From an uncultured Muribaculaceae bacterium (GTDB lineage Bacteria > Bacillota_I > Bacilli_A > RF39 > UBA660): a DNA stretch of 35,089 nt. The translations under genes were made by a program, and so were the position numbers. The notes below the pieces were generated by a model. The model saw nothing but the letters and a program-made list of their open reading frames with translations. It was not told the DNA's origin and did not search any database. This document shows positions 7,986 to 15,944 of this stretch, piece by piece (within the stretch, counting starts at the first letter, position 1; the number at the start of each line of letters is the position of its first letter). The stretch covers positions 1-35,089 of the forward strand of contig CAZKKM010000002.1 in assembly GCA_964553435.1 (NCBI GenBank), written 5' to 3'.

Positions 7986-9002
7986 ATGAAAAAAGAAATC
8001 ACAGACACGAGTTTAAATTTTTATCGCGAACACGGCATAAACGAATGGCATGAAAAATGCCAAATTTTGGCACCTGAAGAAAAGATGCAAATCGAATTAG
8101 ATTTGGCCAACGGAAAATCGAGTGAACTTCTGGCACTCGTACGAACACCGTTCCCTTTTTTCGTCACTCGCTACTTCGCTCGTTTCCCACATGTCAAAAG
8201 TTATTTTCACGATCCAACATTTGCTTATAAATTATATCTTCTCGATGACAGCACCATGCGTTTTTTTGCTGTGACTGCCCGATGCCCCGAAATTCGCGAC
8301 ATCGATCTTCGCAGAGAAAAACATTTCAACAAACCAAACGAGTATCGCGAACGCATCGCAGATCTTTGCTATAGACGATTCGAGGATATACCATACATGA
8401 ACAGTGTCGCTTCTAAATCCAAAAGACAACTGATAAAGTATGCTTATCTCACTCAATACATCGATCTCCAAGAAGCTCAAAGATTGAACCTCTCGGTCGC
8501 ACCGACATTTGCTTACTATGGCTGCGACGGCTATGAACTTAAGACCAAGCTATCGTTTCTAAATCCGGCCGTTCGCAAGATAATAGAATTGTATTTGGGG
8601 CTTTCTAACGACGAGCGCCATACTATGAAGCAAATTGCCGAAGAATTGGGCTTGTATCTTACTCAAGTGAGTTCCATTCTTTCTATACTCTTTCCAATTA
8701 TAACTAAACCTCTTCCTGTATTTAAGTCTCATCTTGGTATCGATAAAAATTTAGAAGCCGACGGCAACATGTTCTTCTATGGAAACACTTCGTTCCAGGC
8801 CCTCGATTTCGAACTAGAATTAGCTTACATTTTCCATCAATTGCCTGCGCCTCAACGTGAATTTCTTCTTACAACTTTAGATCAAAAAACTCTAAAAGAA
8901 TATCTAGCTGCTAAATATGTGTACAAAACTCCTATCGCCTTTGCGCGTGCTTTCAATATAAATGCCGACGAAGCAGCCGAAAAGATATTACATCTTAAAT
9001 AA
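7986..9002 (+). CDS. Hypothetical protein, paralog A of the tandem triplet; sigma-70-like layout with region-4-like HTH (tentative)
   Basis: 338 aa from the ATG at 7986 (SD AAAGGGGA); the ORF-track start at 7950 lies inside the predicted promoter. Shares collinear blocks with the next two ORFs: 'EW.EK', 'PFP.FV..YF', 'SYF.DP.FAYK.Y.L', 'KYAYLTQYID..EA.RLNL', 'LNPAVRKIIELYLGLSNDERHTMKQIAEELGL'. Confidence 0.55.
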   Translation: MKKEITDTSLNFYREHGINEWHEKCQILAPEEKMQIELDLANGKSSELLALVRTPFPFFVTRYFARFPHVKSYFHDPTFAYKLYLLDDSTMRFFAVTARCPEIRDIDLRREKHFNKPNEYRERIADLCYRRFEDIPYMNSVASKSKRQLIKYAYLTQYIDLQEAQRLNLSVAPTFAYYGCDGYELKTKLSFLNPAVRKIIELYLGLSNDERHTMKQIAEELGLYLTQVSSILSILFPIITKPLPVFKSHLGIDKNLEADGNMFFYGNTSFQALDFELELAYIFHQLPAPQREFLLTTLDQKTLKEYLAAKYVYKTPIAFARAFNINADEAAEKILHLK

Positions 9003-9017
9003 CAGGAGAATTTCATC

Positions 9018-10019
9018 ATGATAACTGAAGAAGAAGAATTTAACTTATTCATGTATCGGCAACTAGGAATTGCCGAATGGAGAGAAAAGAAATCGATTCT
9101 TTCAAAAGAAGAAGTGACAGAAATTTTAAAAGCCATAAAAGCTGGGATTTCTAACGACCTTATCGATTTAGTAAAACTTCCTTTCCCAAAATTTGTCGAA
9201 GCATATTTTTCTTCCATTCCATCCGCCCAGAAGTCTTATTTCGTCGATCCTCAATTTGCCTATAAAATGTATTTTTTAAATGACTATACTCTGCAAATGT
9301 TCTGCGAAACTCTGAGACATCCCGAATATTCCGTAAAAAAACTCGCTCAGGCATTAGAATTGAAAACAAGCTACCGCTTTAGTGACAAAATAAAATCGTT
9401 GATCGACACTAAACTGGAAGATTTTTCTAAAATGGCGAGCTTTAAAAATCGCAAACACAATTATCGAACAAAGTACATCTATCTTACACAATATATAGAT
9501 ATAGATGAGGCTCGTCGTTTGAATTTGCCTGCTGTCTTGCGTTTTATTGGATGTCAAGTCGAAAACTTCGACTTAGAAGGTAAACTGAGACTCTTGAATC
9601 CGACTGTAGAAAAAATAGTTATTTTCTATTTCGGCTTGCACGGATATTATAGACATAGCATGGAAGATATTTGCCGTTTGATGAATTTTTCTTACAGAAC
9701 CGTTTGCGAGAATTTGGAAAATATATTGGATTTTTTCCTTCATAATCTCGAAAAAACACTGCCTGAATTTGCCATTGCCATAGGCTACGATGGAACTTTG
9801 CCAAACGGAATGAAAAGATACCGCAACGAAAAATTCGCAAACCTGGATGCATATTTCACAACGAAAGCGATTTTCAACACATTGCCTGAAGAAGAGCAAC
9901 AATTTTTAGAAAAACTTCCGTTCTATGCTATTCGCTCTTACATAGAGGATAGATACTTGTTTACTACCGTAACCCAATCTCAGCAAGAAGAAACTGAAGG
10001 TGCAAAAAACATCGATTAA
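9018..10019 (+). CDS. Hypothetical protein, paralog B of the tandem triplet; sigma-70-like layout (tentative)
   Basis: 333 aa. SD AGGAGA sits 8 nt before the ATG, 15 nt after the stop of paralog A. Same conserved blocks: 'MYRQLGIAEWREKKSILSKEEVTEILKAIKAG', 'LPFPKFVEAYF', 'FAYKMYFLN', 'KYIYLTQYIDIDEARRLNL', 'LNPTVEKIVIFYFGL'. Confidence 0.55.
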   Translation: MITEEEEFNLFMYRQLGIAEWREKKSILSKEEVTEILKAIKAGISNDLIDLVKLPFPKFVEAYFSSIPSAQKSYFVDPQFAYKMYFLNDYTLQMFCETLRHPEYSVKKLAQALELKTSYRFSDKIKSLIDTKLEDFSKMASFKNRKHNYRTKYIYLTQYIDIDEARRLNLPAVLRFIGCQVENFDLEGKLRLLNPTVEKIVIFYFGLHGYYRHSMEDICRLMNFSYRTVCENLENILDFFLHNLEKTLPEFAIAIGYDGTLPNGMKRYRNEKFANLDAYFTTKAIFNTLPEEEQQFLEKLPFYAIRSYIEDRYLFTTVTQSQQEETEGAKNID

Positions 10020-10048
10020 AATAAATATTAAAAATGGAAGTGATTATC

Positions 10049-11140
10049 ATGACTGAAATTTCATATCTCGAAAGTGCACATTTGTACGAGCATCACCGAA
10101 TAGCCGAATGGCCCGAAAAATGTTGTGTTTTGACTCCACAAGAACGCGACACAGTTCTTAGAGAAGTGAAAGAGGGAAAGAAAACACCACTAGTCGAAAT
10201 GGTTTCTTTGCCGTTTCCAGCCTTTGTTACCGTTTACTTCGAGAACATACCCCAAAGTCGAAGTTACTTTGAAGACCCATCTTTTGCCTATAAAATGTAT
10301 TTTTTAAATCCCAGCGAACTTCGTTATTTTACTGAAAAAATGCGTACACCAAAACGCCGAAGCAGTGAAATAATAGCAGAATATGCTCTACCATCACGTG
10401 TGTCTTCGAAATCACAATTGCCGATTATTCTCGAAACGAAACTTGAAAATATTCCCAAAATAAGAAGTGCAAATAATGCCAGCCGAATGCGAGAAGCAAA
10501 ATATGCCTATCTCACTCAATACATCGATCGCTCGGAAGCCGCGCGGTTACATATCCCGATAGCTGAAACTTTTGTTCGAGATGATGTCGACGGCTATGGT
10601 CTCGAAGAGAAGATGAGCATGTTAAATCCAGTCGCTCGAGCTATGATGGCACTTTATATCGGCCTTTATGGTCTTCCCCGCTTATCAAAAATAGAAATAT
10701 GCAAAAAGTTAGGCTTGCGTTTCGATTCCGACGGCATCTTCCGTATGAACGATGTCCTTGATCGCGTCATCGACAATTTTTTTCCGTTTTTCTTCAAAAC
10801 TGCCGGAGAATTTAAAAACTATTTGGGCTATGATGAAAACCGACAAATTAAGGGAAATATGATAGAATACTCATCCCAACTTGTTCGTGATCTCGATATC
10901 GAACTAGAAACACGTTTCATCATGACCCATTTATCTATCGAAACTAAAAAAGTTTTAGCTCAATATACGGCTAACGAACGCAGAATCTATGTTGCAGCTA
11001 AATATATGTTCAAAACACCAGAATCGCTTGCTCGCAACATTGTCGTTTCAAAATATCTTGCTAAAAAAATAATCGAATATTCTTCCGAAGAACCAGAAAA
11101 AGTTCTTTCCTTGATAAACAGGAATTCTATGGGTAAATAG
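10049..11140 (+). CDS. Hypothetical protein, paralog C of the tandem triplet; sigma-70-like layout (tentative)
   Basis: 363 aa from the ATG at 10049 (SD GGAAGTGA). This start puts the conserved Trp at residue 21 in all three paralogs; the ORF-track start is 10034. Blocks: 'LPFPAFVTVYF', 'FAYKMYFLN', 'KYAYLTQYIDRSEAARLHI', 'LNPVARAMMALYIGLYGLPRLSKIEICKKLGL'. Confidence 0.55.
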   Translation: MTEISYLESAHLYEHHRIAEWPEKCCVLTPQERDTVLREVKEGKKTPLVEMVSLPFPAFVTVYFENIPQSRSYFEDPSFAYKMYFLNPSELRYFTEKMRTPKRRSSEIIAEYALPSRVSSKSQLPIILETKLENIPKIRSANNASRMREAKYAYLTQYIDRSEAARLHIPIAETFVRDDVDGYGLEEKMSMLNPVARAMMALYIGLYGLPRLSKIEICKKLGLRFDSDGIFRMNDVLDRVIDNFFPFFFKTAGEFKNYLGYDENRQIKGNMIEYSSQLVRDLDIELETRFIMTHLSIETKKVLAQYTANERRIYVAAKYMFKTPESLARNIVVSKYLAKKIIEYSSEEPEKVLSLINRNSMGK

Positions 11141-11171
11141 AAGCATCGATTCTTTCTCGAGCATTTTAGGG

Positions 11172-11200
11172 TTGTAAAAACTGAAGAGAAATCGTATAAT
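11172..11200 (+). promoter_or_regulatory. Putative sigma-A-type promoter of yebC (TTGTAA-17-TATAAT)
   Basis: TTGTAA at 11172-11177, a 17-nt spacer, TATAAT at 11195-11200. Confidence 0.5.
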
Positions 11201-11229
11201 TAAAAGGCAATGAAAAGGAAGTGAGTCCC

Positions 11230-11949
11230 ATGGGTAGGGCATTTGAAGTGAGAAAGGCGAGCATTCAAAAAAACGGAGCCGCTCGCGGTAAAATTTACAC
11301 GACTTTCGCCAAAGAAATCTATTTGGCTTGTAAAAAAGGTTCGCCGGATATCGAGGCGAACGTCGAATTGAAACGGATCGTCAACAAGGCCAAAAAACAA
11401 CAGGTGCCTAACGATATCATCGACAGAGCCATCGCAAAAGCTAAAGGAGCAGGGCAAGAAGACTATAAAGAAGTCGTATACGAAGGTTTCGGACCTGGAG
11501 CATCGACTCTCATCATAAAGACACTCACCGACAATGTCAACAGAACCGTAGGCGAAGTCCGCGCTGCTTTCAATAAAGTTCATAAAAGCCTCGGTGTTAC
11601 GAACTCAGTCACCTATAACTACGACCATCTGAGTATCGTCGGAGTCAAAAGCGATTTGGAGTCCGAACTTTTTGAAGCTCTTTTAGATGCCGGAATAGAA
11701 ATTCACGATTTAGAAAACGAAGATGGACTTCTCATCGTGACTTCGGACGCAAAGGATTCTTCTCGTGTCAAAGATGTCATCGACACCCTGATTCCGAACG
11801 CCGATTTGGAAATAGATGAAACGGGCATGTATGCCAAGGAAAAAATCACTCTCGAAGGTGAAGATCTCGAAGTATTCGACAAACTTTACAAGATGCTCGA
11901 CGACATCGACGATGTTTCGGAAATTTATACCAATGTCGAAATGAGCTGA
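11230..11949 (+). CDS. yebC: YebC/PmpR-family DNA-binding regulatory/translation-associated protein
   Basis: 'MGRAFEVRKASIQKNGAARGKIYTTFAKEIYLACKKGSPDIEANVELKRIVNKAKKQQVPNDIIDRAI' is the typical YebC N-terminus. ATG at 11230 preceded by AAGGAAGTGA; the ORF-track GTG is at 11221. Confidence 0.9.
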   Translation: MGRAFEVRKASIQKNGAARGKIYTTFAKEIYLACKKGSPDIEANVELKRIVNKAKKQQVPNDIIDRAIAKAKGAGQEDYKEVVYEGFGPGASTLIIKTLTDNVNRTVGEVRAAFNKVHKSLGVTNSVTYNYDHLSIVGVKSDLESELFEALLDAGIEIHDLENEDGLLIVTSDAKDSSRVKDVIDTLIPNADLEIDETGMYAKEKITLEGEDLEVFDKLYKMLDDIDDVSEIYTNVEMS

Positions 11950-12013
11950 AGGCTAAATCCTTTGCTTTTTAAAAGACTTTATTACAACTTTCGAACCTTT
12001 ATGGAGGTATATT

Positions 12014-12532
12014 ATGGATACAGAAAAACCAATTTTTAAAATTGTCCCTTTCGAAAAAATATTGTCATTAGAAAATTCCGAAGAAATAGCCTTGATTCTC
12101 ATAACACCAAAGCAAACACTTTGTGCATTGCCAGCGACCCCCGAAATCGACCGACACCAATATCTCGTCACAGCACTCGATAAAAATATATTCGATGAAA
12201 ACATACGATTCCCTGAATACAATTGCATCGAAATTCGACTTTGTTCCACCCAAAAATTTGCCCATATCTACACACCATGCCTAATAACATCTCGCGAATT
12301 CGAGGATTTGCGAACGATCATCTCGAGACTCTGTTCATCCGATATCGATGTCACAACTTTTTTGACCGACGTCGATCCCACGAAGATCGTCTCTAAAATG
12401 AAATACGTCGACGAATTCGACGGTCTTGCCATTCTCGACTATTTCACAAAATCGAAAAAAATCGTCGAATATGAATTGCCATTCGAAGAAAGAACGGGGC
12501 TAGATTTCGAAAAAGGAAATGTACAATTATGA
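12014..12532 (+). CDS. Hypothetical protein (172 aa), no recognisable motifs
   Basis: Long ORF with SD GGAGGT before the ATG, coding-like composition, and five Cys. No family recognised. Confidence 0.55.
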   Translation: MDTEKPIFKIVPFEKILSLENSEEIALILITPKQTLCALPATPEIDRHQYLVTALDKNIFDENIRFPEYNCIEIRLCSTQKFAHIYTPCLITSREFEDLRTIISRLCSSDIDVTTFLTDVDPTKIVSKMKYVDEFDGLAILDYFTKSKKIVEYELPFEERTGLDFEKGNVQL

Positions 12533-12551
12533 GGAAAATATCCTCTTTTTC
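12531..12551 (+). terminator. Weak rho-independent terminator
   Basis: 5-bp stem GAGGA / TCCTC with a 5-nt loop, followed by TTTTTCTTT. Overlaps the stop codon of the 172-aa ORF. Confidence 0.4.
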
Positions 12552-12557
12552 TTTGAC

Positions 12558-12586
12558 TTGATTTATAGAACAAAATACATTATAAT
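12558..12586 (+). promoter_or_regulatory. Putative sigma-A-type promoter of rny (TTGATT-17-TATAAT)
   Basis: TTGATT at 12558-12563, a 17-nt spacer, TATAAT at 12581-12586. Confidence 0.4.
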
Positions 12587-12636
12587 TGAGGTGTAGATGC
12601 CCGAGAGCACTCTACAAATAGAAAGTGAAGGAAACT

Positions 12637-14190
12637 ATGGAAATTACTATGATATCCATCTTGTTTCTTATCATTGGATTGATCATCGGAGTAGGAGTGG
12701 CAATTGCCATCGTTCTATTCACAGGATTGGGCGCCGGCAAGAAAGCTGACGCGATAATTGCCTCCGCTAAAAAGGAAGCGGATAAGCACAAAAGAGATAC
12801 TCTTTTAGAATTGAAAGAGGAATCACACAAGTTGAAGTTAGAAACGGACAAAGAGATTAAAGAAAGAAAAAGTGAACTCTTGAACACTGAAAACCGCTTG
12901 TTAGAACGCGAGAAATCGTTGGATAAAAGGGAAGAACTCCTCCAAAACCGCGACAATGCTCTCGAGGAGAAGAACAACAACTTAAACTTGATGCAAAGTA
13001 AAATCCAAGAAAAAGAAACGAAGATGGATGAACTTTTGAAAAGCGAAATGGAGAAACTCGAAAACATATCCAAATTCTCTAAAGAAAAAGCTCGCAGTCT
13101 CATCATCGAACGTGTCGAAAGTGATATGGCTAAAGAAATATCGGAAATGATAAAAGAACGCGAACAAGAGGCTAAACTCGAAGCAGATAAAAAAGCCAAA
13201 GATTTGCTCGTCGAATCGATGCAAAAATACTCGAACGACGTGGCTACCGAGCAGACAGTTTCGACAATAACTTTGCCATCAGATGACATGAAAGGACGTC
13301 TAATCGGTCGAGAAGGACGTAACATCAGAACGATCGAATCGGTCACTGGTGTCGATCTCATCATCGATGATACCCCAGAAACCATAGTCATATCTTCGTT
13401 CGATCCATACCGAAGAGAGATCGCACGTATGACGATAGAAACACTGATAAAAGATGGACGAATTCATCCCGCACGCATCGAAGAAGTATATGATAAAATA
13501 TGTAAGGATATGAAAGCACGCATCCTATCGCTCGGGGCCGATGCTATTCAAGAATTGGGACTTGCGAAGTTCGACCCAGAATTAGTCGCCTTGATTGGAC
13601 GTTTACATTTCCGTACCAGTTTCGGTCAAAATGCTTTACAACATTCGATTGAGGTGGCACGTCTAACAGGCCTCATGGCTGGAGAGTTAGGAGAAAATGT
13701 AAATTTTGCCAAACGAGCTGGATTACTACACGACATCGGTAAATCGATCGATTTCGAAATAGAAGGAAGCCATGTCGAAATAGGTGCAAATATAGCCAAA
13801 AAATTCCACGAATCCGAAATAGTTTTGAATTCCATCATGTCTCACCATGGCGATTGTGAACCGACTAGCATAATCGCTTGGCTAGTCCAAATCGCGGACA
13901 CTCTAAGTGCGGCGAGACCTGGTGCGAGAAACGATTCTTTCGATAATTACATCCAAAGACTCGAAAACCTTGAAGCCATTGGAAACGGCATGGAAGGAGT
14001 AGACAAATCGTATGCCCTACAAGCCGGTCGCGAACTCCGCGTCATGGTCAAACCTGATGAAGTGGACGACCTTGCCAGTTTCAAACTCGCACGAGATATT
14101 AAAGAAAAAATCGAATCCGAACTTCAATACCCGGGAACGATCAAAATTACGGTCATTCGCGAGACTCGTGCTCAAGAAGAGGCCAAATAG
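12637..14190 (+). CDS. rny: Ribonuclease Y
   Basis: N-terminal TM helix, a long Lys/Glu coiled coil, a KH domain ('GRLIGREGRNIRTIESVTGVDLIIDD') and an HD domain ('LLHDIGKS', 'SHHG'). Start at ATG 12637 or GTG 12625. Confidence 0.93.
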   Translation: MEITMISILFLIIGLIIGVGVAIAIVLFTGLGAGKKADAIIASAKKEADKHKRDTLLELKEESHKLKLETDKEIKERKSELLNTENRLLEREKSLDKREELLQNRDNALEEKNNNLNLMQSKIQEKETKMDELLKSEMEKLENISKFSKEKARSLIIERVESDMAKEISEMIKEREQEAKLEADKKAKDLLVESMQKYSNDVATEQTVSTITLPSDDMKGRLIGREGRNIRTIESVTGVDLIIDDTPETIVISSFDPYRREIARMTIETLIKDGRIHPARIEEVYDKICKDMKARILSLGADAIQELGLAKFDPELVALIGRLHFRTSFGQNALQHSIEVARLTGLMAGELGENVNFAKRAGLLHDIGKSIDFEIEGSHVEIGANIAKKFHESEIVLNSIMSHHGDCEPTSIIAWLVQIADTLSAARPGARNDSFDNYIQRLENLEAIGNGMEGVDKSYALQAGRELRVMVKPDEVDDLASFKLARDIKEKIESELQYPGTIKITVIRETRAQEEAK

Positions 14191-14215
14191 AAGGACACAT
14201 GATTGTCCTTTTTTC
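14191..14215 (+). terminator. Rho-independent terminator after rny
   Basis: Stem AAGGACA / TGTCCTT (14191-14197 / 14204-14210) with a 6-nt loop, followed by a T-run. Confidence 0.7.
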
Positions 14216-14256
14216 GGTTTTTTAATATTATTTGGCATAAACGAGGAGGTTGTTAT

Positions 14257-14553
14257 ATGGGGAAATGGTCATTGTATATCGGTCTAGGACTTTACATGGT
14301 TTTGCTCATAATGTTGAGCTTTTGGCACGGCAAAAATGAGAATGAAGAATATAAAAAATGTGGAATAGGAGTATGGTTGAGTATCATATTCTCTTTCGGA
14401 ACAGTGATAGGTTTCTGCCAACCGACGACACCTTTGACCATACTAATCGGATGTGTATCCTTTGTCTTATTTATTATAGGTCTTTATTTGGTCATCAGAT
14501 ATAGAAAATATCTTCGCGCTTGGACTTCCCGTATGCGCAGTCCCCGACGATAA
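14257..14553 (+). CDS. Small integral membrane protein (98 aa), unknown function
   Basis: ATG at 14257 follows SD GAGGAGG. Three predicted hydrophobic helices and a basic C-terminal tail. Confidence 0.55.
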   Translation: MGKWSLYIGLGLYMVLLIMLSFWHGKNENEEYKKCGIGVWLSIIFSFGTVIGFCQPTTPLTILIGCVSFVLFIIGLYLVIRYRKYLRAWTSRMRSPRR

Positions 14554-14569
14554 AATAAGGACCCATCTA

Positions 14570-14593
14570 AAAAGTGCCTTCGGAGCACTTTTT
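14570..14593 (+). terminator. Rho-independent terminator
   Basis: Stem AAAAGTGC / GCACTTTT with a 7-nt loop CTTCGGA, followed by Ts. Confidence 0.7.
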
Positions 14594-14644
14594 CTATTGT
14601 CTTTTTGTTCGTCTTAATATAAAATATTTGTAGGTGGTGATAAG

Positions 14645-15943
14645 ATGGATTCGAAGACTATTTTACCGGCCGATACGTACACGGTCATAAACAGAACTAT
14701 CCTCACCGAATACGAAAGAAAGACGATCATCAGTCTGTATTCTCCCATCATCGGTTCCAATGCCACAAGCCTTTATTTTGCTCTTTGGCAAGACTTGGAT
14801 AGAAACATAAAATGTGACGAAAAATTCAACCATCATCATTTGATGAGCACACTAAAACTAGGTCTTTCTCCTCTCACGACGGCTCGCCGAGCCTTAGAAT
14901 CGATGGGCCTTTTGCGAGCTTATTACAAAGCTGGCGATTTGGGCGATTACTACTATGAAATTTTCAGTCCTTTGGAACCATACGAATTTTTCAATCATCC
15001 GATTTTTAGTGTCGTTCTTTACAACAATATCGGAAGTGCCGAGTATGCTAAACTCCAAAACTATTACAAAAGACAGGGAACTATACCTAAAGATTACGAG
15101 GAGATAACCGCTTCGCTCGATGCGAGTTTCAAATCTGTAAGTTCAGTCTCCGTTCCGATCGAAAGCGATCTCGAAGAATCGGAAAGTAGGGAAATTTCTA
15201 TCGACGACGGATACATCGATTTTGCTTTGCTGATAAGTGCTCTTCCGAAAGATTCCATAAGCGAGCGAACTTTCAACAAACGAACCCGTGCCCTCATCAA
15301 TTCTTTGGGCTTCGTCTACAATATCGACACCCTCAAAATGGTCGAACTTTTGAGAAAAGTTTTAAATGAAAATGGGGTGATCGACAAAGAAAATTTGCGT
15401 TTGAATGCCCGCAAATACTATCAATACAATAATTCTGGCTCCCTGCCCACACTCATCTATAGAACCCAGCCGGCTCACCTCAAGTCGCCAGAAGGGGATA
15501 TGTCCAATCGAGGGAAGATGCTCTATATCTTTGAAAACACGACTCCGTATGATTTTTTGCGCAACAAATATCATGGGGCCGATCCGACACCTCGCGACTT
15601 GAAGCTTTTGGAATACTTGGCCGCAGATTTACATCTGAACGCAAGTGTCATCAATGTTCTCATCGACTATGTTCTCAAAAGCAACGATAACAACCTATCC
15701 AAAGCTTACGTCGAAACCATCGCCGGTCAATGGTCGAGGCTCAAAATCGAGACGGCCGAACAGGCGATGAAGATAGCTGAAAAGGAGCACAAAAAAAATA
15801 AAGCTAAAGTCTTCACCGTCAAAGAAAAAAATTCTAAGGCAAATCCTACCACACCGATTTGGTTCAATGATACCAAAGATGCCGAAGAGATAAGTGACGA
15901 AGACAAGCGCGAACTTGAATCTATGTTAAAGGAGTTCAAATAA
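14645..15943 (+). CDS. dnaB: Replication initiation and membrane attachment protein (Bacillus-type DnaB, DnaD-domain family)
   Basis: The N-terminus 'YTVINRTILTEYERKTIISLYSPIIGSNATSLYFALW...' and 'YYEIFSPLEPYEFFNHPIFSVVLYNNIG' parallel recalled B. subtilis DnaB. Immediately followed by dnaI with a 1-nt gap. Confidence 0.85.
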   Translation: MDSKTILPADTYTVINRTILTEYERKTIISLYSPIIGSNATSLYFALWQDLDRNIKCDEKFNHHHLMSTLKLGLSPLTTARRALESMGLLRAYYKAGDLGDYYYEIFSPLEPYEFFNHPIFSVVLYNNIGSAEYAKLQNYYKRQGTIPKDYEEITASLDASFKSVSSVSVPIESDLEESESREISIDDGYIDFALLISALPKDSISERTFNKRTRALINSLGFVYNIDTLKMVELLRKVLNENGVIDKENLRLNARKYYQYNNSGSLPTLIYRTQPAHLKSPEGDMSNRGKMLYIFENTTPYDFLRNKYHGADPTPRDLKLLEYLAADLHLNASVINVLIDYVLKSNDNNLSKAYVETIAGQWSRLKIETAEQAMKIAEKEHKKNKAKVFTVKEKNSKANPTTPIWFNDTKDAEEISDEDKRELESMLKEFK

Positions 15944-15944
15944 A

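Noticed and set aside
12612-13391. 259-aa minus-strand ORF, very Ser/Phe/Leu-rich
   Set aside because: It lies entirely antisense to the Lys/Glu-rich coiled-coil region of rny. Low-complexity GAA/AAA codons read as TTC/TTT on the other strand, so this is a shadow ORF with no SD and no motifs.
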